This document shows, piece after piece, positions 56,101 to 64,000 of a DNA stretch of 64,000 nt. Positions within the stretch are counted from its first letter, which is position 1. Each line of letters starts with the position of its first letter. The stretch comes from Paragordius varius (lineage: Eukaryota > Animalia > Nematomorpha). Made by a program: the position numbers and the translations under genes. The DNA lies in contig OZ176050.1 in the NCBI GenBank assembly GCA_964247055.1, positions 682,001-746,000 of the forward strand, in the 5' to 3' direction. The notes below the pieces were generated by a model. The model was given only the letters and a program-made list of their open reading frames with translations. It was not told the DNA's origin and ran no database searches.

Positions 56101-59100
56101 AGGTGATGTCGCCATAATTTTTTTTGGGTAGCCCTATGGTAGTTCCATCATCACCCCAAATATTTTCGAGATCGGAGTATAAATGTAATTTTTATGAATT
56201 TTTTAAATATTTAAAAAAATTATTTTATACGATTATAAAAATAAAAATGGCTACCTAAAATCCAAATTTGATCAGGTGATGTCACCATAATTTTTTTTGG
56301 GTAGCCCTATGGTAGTTCCATCATCACCCCAAATATTGTCGAGATCGGAGTATAAATGTAATTTTTTTGAATTTTTTAAATATTTAAAAAATTTATCTTA
56401 TACGATTTTAAAAATAAAAATGGCTACCTAAAATCCAAATTTGATCAGGTGATGTCACCATAATTTTTTTTGGGTAGCCCTATGGTAGTTCCATCATCAC
56501 CCCAAATATTTTCGAGATCGGAGTATAAATGTAATTTTTATGAATTTTTTAAATATTTAAAAAATTTATTTTATACAATTTTAAAAATAAAAATGGCTAC
56601 CTAAAATCCAAATTTGATCAGGTGATGTCACCATAATTTTTTTTGGGTAGCCCTATGGTAGTTCCATCATCACCCCAAATATTTTCGAGATCGGAGTATA
56701 AATGTAATTTTTATGAATTTTTTAAATATTTAAAAAATTTATTTTATACGATTATAAAAATAAAAATGGCTACCTAAAATCCAAATTTGATCAGTGTCAC
56801 CATATTTTTTTTTGTGTAGCCCTATGGTAGTTCCATCATCACCCCAAATATTTTGGGGATCGGACTATAAATGTAATTTTTATGAATTTTTTAAATATTT
56901 AAGAAATTTATTTTATACGATTTTAAAAATAAAAATGGCTACCTAAAATCCAAATTTGATCAGGTGATGTCACTATAATTATTTTTGGGTAGCCCTATGG
57001 TAGTTCCATCATTACCCCAAATATTTTCGAGATCGGAGTATAAATGTAATTTTTATGAATTTTTTAAATATTTAAAAAATTTATTTTATACGATTTTAAA
57101 AATAAAAATGGCTACCTAAAATCCAAATTTGATCAGGTGATGTCACCATAATTTTTTTTGGGTAGCCCTATGGTAGTTCCATCATCACCCCAAATATTTT
57201 CGAAATCAGAGTATAAATGTAATTTTTATGAATTTTTTAAATATTTAAAAAATTTATTTTATACGATTTTAAAAATAAAAATGGCTACCTAAAATCCAAA
57301 TTTGATCAGGTGATGTCGCCATAATTTTTTTTGGGTAGCCCTATGGTAGTTCCATCATCACCCCAAATATTTTCGAGATCGGAGTATAAATGTAATTTTT
57401 ATGAATTTTTAAAATATTTAAAAAATTTATTTTATACGATTTTAAAAATAAAAATGGCTACCTAAAATCCAAATTTGATCAGGTGATGTCACCATAATTT
57501 TTTTTGGGTAGCCCTATGGTAGTTCCATCATCACCCCAAATATTGTCGAGATCGGAGTATAAATGTAATTTTTTTGAATTTTTTAAATATTTAAAAAATT
57601 TATTTTATACGATTTTAAAAATAAAAATGGCTACCTAAAATCCAAATTTGATCAGGTGATGTCGCCATAATTTTTTTTGGGTAGCCCTATGGTAGTTCCA
57701 TCATCACCCCAAATATTGTCGAGATCGGAGTATAAATGTAATTTTTTTGAATTTTTTAAATATTTAAAAAATTTATTTTATACGATTTTAAAAATAAAAA
57801 TGGCTACCTAAAATCCAAATTTGATCAGGTGATGTCACTATAATTTGTTTTGGGTAGCCCTATGGTAGTTCCATCATCACCCCAAATATTTTGGGGATCG
57901 GACTATAAATGTAATTTTTATGAATTTTTTTAAATATTTAAAAAATTTATTTTATACGATTTTAAAAATAAAAATGGCTACCTAAAATCCAAATTTGATC
58001 AGGTGATGTCACTATAATTTGTTTTGGGTAGCCCTATGGTAGTTCCATCATCACCCCAAATATTTTCGAGATCGGAGTATAAATGTAATTTTTATGAATT
58101 TTTTAAATATTTAAAAAATTTATTTTATACGATTTTCAAAATAAAAATGGCTACCTAAAATCCAAATTTGATCAGGTGATGTCACCATAATTTTTTTTGG
58201 GTAGCCCTATGGTAGTTCCATCATCACCCCAAATATTTTCGAGATCGGAGTATAAATGTAATTTTTATGAATTTTTTAAATATTTAAAAAATTTATTTTA
58301 TACGATTTTAAAAATAAAAATTGCTACCTAAAATCCAAATTTGATCAGGTGATGTCACCATATTTTTTTTTGGGTACCCCTATGGGAGTTCCATCATCAC
58401 CCCAAATATTTTGGGGATCGGACTATAAATGTAATTTTTATGAATTTTTTAAATATTTAAAAAATTTATTTTATACGATTTTAAAAATAAAAATGGCTAC
58501 CTAAAATCCAAATTTGATCAGGTGATGCCATAATTTTTTTTGGGTAGCCCTATGGTAGTTCCATCATCACCCCAAATATTTTCGAGATCGGAGTATAAAT
58601 GTAATTTTTATGAATTTTTTAAATATCTAAAAAATTTATTTTATACGATTTTAAAAATAAAAATGGCTACCTAAAATCCAAATTTGATCAGGTGATGTCA
58701 CCATAATTTTTTTTGGGTAGCCCTATGGTAGTTCCATCATCACCCCAAATATTGTCGAGATCGGAGTATAAATGTAATTTTTATGAATTTTTTAAATATT
58801 TAAAAAATTTATTTTATACGATTTTAAAAATAAAAATGGCTACCTAAAATCCAAATTTGATCAGGTGATGTCACCATAATTTTTTTTGGGTAGCCCTATG
58901 GTAGTTCCATCATCACCCCAAATATTTTCGAGATCGGAGTATAAATGTAATTTTTATGAATTTTTGAAATATTTAAAAAATTTATTTTATACGATTTTAA
59001 AAATAAAAATGGCTACCTAAAATCCAAATTTGATCAGGTGATGTCGCCATAATTTTTTTTGGGTAGCCCTATGGTAGTTCCATCATCACCCCAAATATTT

Positions 59101-59359
59101 TCGAGATCGGAGTATAAATGTAATTTTTATGAATTTTTTAAATATTTAAAAAATTTATTTTATACGATTTTAAAAATAAAAATGGCTACCTAAAATCCAA
59201 ATTTGATCAGGTGATGTCACCATAATTTTTTTTGGGTAGCCCTATGGTAGTTCCATCATCACCCCAAATATTTTCGAGATCGGAGTATAAATGTAATTTT
59301 TATGAATTTAAATATTTAAAAAATTTATTTTATACGATTTTAAAAATAAAAATGGCTTC

Positions 59360-62300
59360 CTAAAATCCAAATTTGATCAGGTGATGTCACCATAATTTTT
59401 TTTGGGTAGCCCTATGGTAGTTCCATCATCACCCCAAATATTTTCGAGATCGGAGTATAAATGTAATTTTTATGAATTTTTTAAATATTTAAAAAATTTA
59501 TTTTATACGATTTTAAAAATAAAAATGGCTACCTAAAATCCAAATTTGATCAGGTGATGTCACCATAATTTTTTTTGGGTAGCCCTATGGTAGTTCCATC
59601 ATCACCCCAAATATTTTCGAGATCGGAGTATAAATGTAATTTTTATGAATTTTTTTAAATATTGACAAAATTTATTTTATACGATTTTAAAAATAAAAAT
59701 GGCTACCAAAAATCCAAATTTGATCAGGTGATGTCACCATATTTTTTTTGGGTAGCCCTATGGTAGTTCCATCATCACCCCAAATATTGTCGAGATCGGA
59801 GTATAAATGTAATTTTTTTGAATTTTTTAAATATTTAAAAAATTTATTTTATACGATTTTAAAAATAAAAATGGCTACCTAAAATCCAAATTTGATCAGG
59901 TGATGTCGCCATAATTTTTTTTGGGTAGCCCTATGGTAGTTCCATCATAACCCCAAATATTTTTGAGATCGATCTTTAAATGTAATTTTTATGAATTTTT
60001 TAAATATTTAATAAATTTATTTTATACGATTTTAAAAATAAAAATGGCTACCTAAAATCCAAATTTGATCAGGTGATGTCACCATAATTTTTTTTGGGTA
60101 GCCCTATGGTAGTTCCATCATCACCCCAAATATTTTCGAGATCGGAGTATAAATGTAATTTTTATGAATTTTTTAAATATTTAAAAAATTTATTTTATAC
60201 GATTTTAAAAATAAAAATGGCTACCTAAAATCCAAATTTGATCAGGTGATGTCGCCATAATTTTTTTTGGGTAGCCCTATGGTAGTTCCATCATCACCCC
60301 AAATATTTTCGAGATCGGAGTATAAATGTAATTATGAATTTTTTAAATATTTAAAAAATTTATTTTATACGATTTTAAAAATAAAAATGGCTACCTAAAA
60401 TCCAAATTTGATCAGGTGATGTCACCGGTAGCCCTATGGTAGTTCCATCATCACCCCAAATATTTTCGAGATCGGAGTATAAATGTAATTTTTATGAATT
60501 TTTTAAATATTTAAAAAATTTATTTTATACGATTTTAAAAATTATAATGGCTTCCTAAAATCCAAATTTGATCAGGTGATGTCACCATAATTTTTTTTGG
60601 GTAGCCCTATGGTAGTTCCATCATCACCCCAAATATTTTCGAGATCGGAGTATAAATGTAATTTTTATGAATTTTTTAAATATTTAAAAAATTTATTTTA
60701 TACGATTATAAAAATAAAAATGGCTACCTAAAATCCAAATTTGATCATGTGATGTCACCATATTTTTTTTTGTGTAGCCCTATGGTAGTTCCATCATCAC
60801 CCCAAATATTTTCGAGATCGGAGTATAAACGTAATTTTTATGAATTTTTTAAATATTTAAAAAATTTATTTTATAATATTTTAAAAATAAAAATGGCTAC
60901 CTAAAATCCAAATTTGATCAGGTGATGTCACCATAATTTTTTTTGGGTAGCCCTATGGTAGTTCCATCATCACCCCAAATATTTTCGAGATCGGAGTATA
61001 AATGTAATTTTTATGAATTTTTTAAATATTTAAAAAATTTATTTTATACGATTTTAAAAATAAAAATGGCTACCTAAAATCCAAATTCGATCAGGTGATG
61101 TCGCCATAATTTTTTTTGGGTAGCCCTATAGTAGTTCCATCATCACCCCAAATATTTTCGAGATCGGAGTATAAATGTAATTTTTATGAATTTTTTAAAT
61201 ATTTAAAAAATTTATCTTATACGATTTTAAAAATAAAAATGGCTACCTAAAATCCAAATTTGATCAGGTGATGTCACCATAATTTTTTTTGGGTAGCCCT
61301 ATGGTAGTTCCATCATCACCCCAAATATTTTCGAGATCGGAGTATAAATGTAATTTTTATGAATTTTTTAAATATTTAAAAAATTTATTTTATACGATTT
61401 TAAAAATAAAAATGGCTACCTAAAATCCAAATTTGATCAGGTGATGTCACCATAATTTTTTTTGGGTAGCCCTATGGTAGTTCCATCATCACCCCAAATA
61501 TTTTCGAGATCGGAGTATAAATGTAATTTTTATGAATTTTTTTAAATATTGACAAAATTTATTTTATACGATTTTAAAAATAAAAATGGCTACCAAAAAT
61601 CCAAATTTGATCAGGTGATGTCACCATATTTTTTTTGGGTAGCCCTATGGTAGTTCCATCATCACCCCAAATATTGTCGAGATCGGAGTATAAATGTAAT
61701 TTTTTTGAATTTTTTAAATATTTAAAAAATTTATTTTATACGATTTTAAAAATAAAAATGGCTACCTAAAATCCAAATTTGATCAGGTGATGTCGCCATA
61801 ATTTTTTTTGGGTAGCCCTATGGTAGTTCCATCATAACCCCAAATATTTTTGAGATCGATCTTTAAATGTAATTTTTATGAATTTTTTAAATATTTAATA
61901 AATTTATTTTATACGATTTTAAAAATAAAAATGGCTACCTAAAATCCAAATTTGATCAGGTGATGTCACCATAATTTTTTTTGGGTAGCCCTATGGTAGT
62001 TCCATCATCACCCCAAATATTTTCGAGATCGGAGTATAAATGTAATTTTTATGAATTTTTTAAATATTTAAAAAATTTATTTTATACGATTTTAAAAATA
62101 AAAATGGCTACCTAAAATCCAAATTTGATCAGGTGATGTCGCCATAATTTTTTTTGGGTAGCCCTATGGTAGTTCCATCATCACCCCAAATATTTTCGAG
62201 ATCGGAGTATAAATGTAATTATGAATTTTTAAATATTTAAAAAATTTATTTTATACGATTTTAAAAATAAAAATGGCTACCTAAAATCCAAATTTGATCA

Positions 62301-63190
62301 GGTGATGTCACCGGTAGCCCTATGGTAGTTCCATCATCACCCCAAATATTTTCGAGATCGGAGTATAAATGTAATTTTTATGAATTTTTTAAATATTTAA
62401 AAAATTTATTTTATACGATTTTAAAAATTATAATGGCTTCCTAAAATCCAAATTTGATCAGGTGATGTCACCATAATTTTTTTTGGGTAGCCCTATGGTA
62501 GTTCCATCATCACCCCAAATATTTTCGAGATCGGAGTATAAATGTAATTTTTATGAATTTTTTAAATATTTAAAAAATTTATTTTATACGATTATAAAAA
62601 TAAAAATGGCTACCTAAAATCCAAATTTGATCATGTGATGTCACCATATTTTTTTTTGTGTAGCCCTATGGTAGTTCCATCATCACCCCAAATATTTTCG
62701 AGATCGGAGTATAAACGTAATTTTTATGAATTTTTTAAATATTTAAAAAATTTATTTTATAATATTTTAAAAATAAAAATGGCTACCTAAAATCCAAATT
62801 TGATCAGGTGATGTCACCATAATTTTTTTTGGGTAGCCCTATGGTAGTTCCATCATCACCCCAAATATTTTCGAGATCGGAGTATAAATGTAATTTTTAT
62901 GAATTTTTTAAATATTTAAAAAATTTATTTTATACGATTTTAAAAATAAAAATGGCTACCTAAAATCCAAATTCGATCAGGTGATGTCGCCATAATTTTT
63001 TTTGGGTAGCCCTATAGTAGTTCCATCATCACCCCAAATATTTTCGAGATCGGAGTATAAATGTAATTTTTATGAATTTTTTAAATATTTAAAAAATTTA
63101 TCTTATACGATTTTAAAAATAAAAATGGCTACCTAAAATCCAAATTTGATCAGGTGATGTCACCATAATTTTTTTTGGGTAGCCCTATGG
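59360..63190 (+). repeat. 11-monomer tandem duplication (1886-1887 bp), two near-identical copies
   Basis: ATATTGACAAAA followed by GGCTACCAAAAA at monomers 59699/61586; 13-nt deletion GTCACCGGTAGCCC at 60421/62307; TTATAATATT, GATCATGTG and AATTCG..TTATCTTA all in the same register. Confidence 0.93.
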
Positions 63191-64000
63191 TACTTCCATC
63201 ATCACCCCAAATATTGTCGAGATCGGAGTATAAATGTAATTTTTTTGAATTTTTTAAATATTTAAAAAATTTATTTTATACGATTTTAAAAATAAAAATG
63301 GCTACCTAAAATCCAAATTTGATAAGGTGATGTCGCCATAATTTTTTTTGGGTAGCCCTATGGTAGTTCCATCATCACCCCAAATATTGTCGAGATCGGA
63401 GTATAAATGTAATTTTTTTGAATTTTTTAAATATTTAAAAAATTTATTTTATACGATTTTAAAAATAAAAATGGCTACCCAAAATCCAAATTTGATCAGG
63501 TGATGTCACCATAATTTTTTTTGGGTAGCCCTATGGTAGTTCCATCATCACCCCAAATATTTTGGGGATCGGACTATAAATATAATTTTTATGAATTTTT
63601 TAAATATTTAAAAAATTTATTTTATACGATTTTAAGAATAAAAATGGCTACCTAAAATCTAAATTTGATCAGGTGATGTCACCATAATTTTTTTTGGGTA
63701 GCCCTATGGTAGTTTCATCATCACCCCAAATATTTTGGGGATCGGACTATAAATGTAATTTTTATGAATTTTTTAAATATTTAAAAAATTTATTTTATAC
63801 GATTTTAAAAATATAAATGGCTACCTAAAATCCAAATTTGATCAGGTGATGTCACCATAATTTTTTTGAGGTAGCCCTATGGTAGTTCCATCATCACCCC
63901 AAATATTTTCGAGATCGGAGTATAAATGTAATTTTTATGAATTTTTTAAATATTTAAAAAATTTATTTTATACGATTTTAAAAAGAAAAATGGCTACCTA

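Larger units (their letters stand above)
1..64000 (+). repeat. Tandem satellite DNA array, 173-bp monomer, ~371 full copies, single orientation, running off both window edges
   Basis: The motif ATGGCTACCTAAAATCCAAATTTGATCAGG recurs every ~173 bp from 38 to 63990 (e.g. starts 37791, 37964, 38137, 38310). No non-satellite sequence or inverted copy was seen. Shorter monomers (160-172 bp) are explained by small deletions. Confidence 0.99.

Noticed and set aside
1-64000. CRISPR array
   Set aside because: There are no unique spacers: the entire 173 bp repeats. No cas genes or leader are present.
1-64000. Assignment to a named satellite family or species (several animal satellites have ~170-175-bp monomers)
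   Set aside because: I do not recognise the sequence with confidence, and similar length is not homology. A BLASTN/Dfam/Repbase search with the consensus is needed.

Overview
The whole 64-kb window is one uninterrupted head-to-tail tandem array of an AT-rich (~26% GC) 173-bp satellite monomer, with about 371 complete copies by hand count, all in the same orientation. A clean consensus copy lies at 38137-38309: ATGGCTACCTAAAATCCAAATTTGATCAGGTGATGTCACCATAATTTTTTTTGGGTAGCCCTATGGTAGTTCCATCATCACCCCAAATATTTTCGAGATCGGAGTATAAATGTAATTTTTATGAATTTTTTAAATATTTAAAAAATTTATTTTATACGATTTTAAAAATAAAA. I found no credible gene, RNA gene, transposon or CRISPR array; the two 70-aa ORFs are by-products of monomer variants. 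The information is in the variants, which define nested higher-order repeats (2-, 3-, 4-, 5-, 7-, 8-, 11-, 13- and 32/36-mers) and an apparent A-B-A'-B' alternation of subfamily blocks across the window. The monomer is rich in dyad symmetry: a perfect 24-bp AT palindrome, two crossing inverted-repeat stems, a mini-palindrome that is a deletion hotspot, and a multi-base allele that perfects a 7-bp hairpin. Monomer length and purity resemble eukaryotic (peri)centromeric satellites, but that is inference; I cannot name the species or family. All counts and coordinates were read by hand and should be re-derived computationally.
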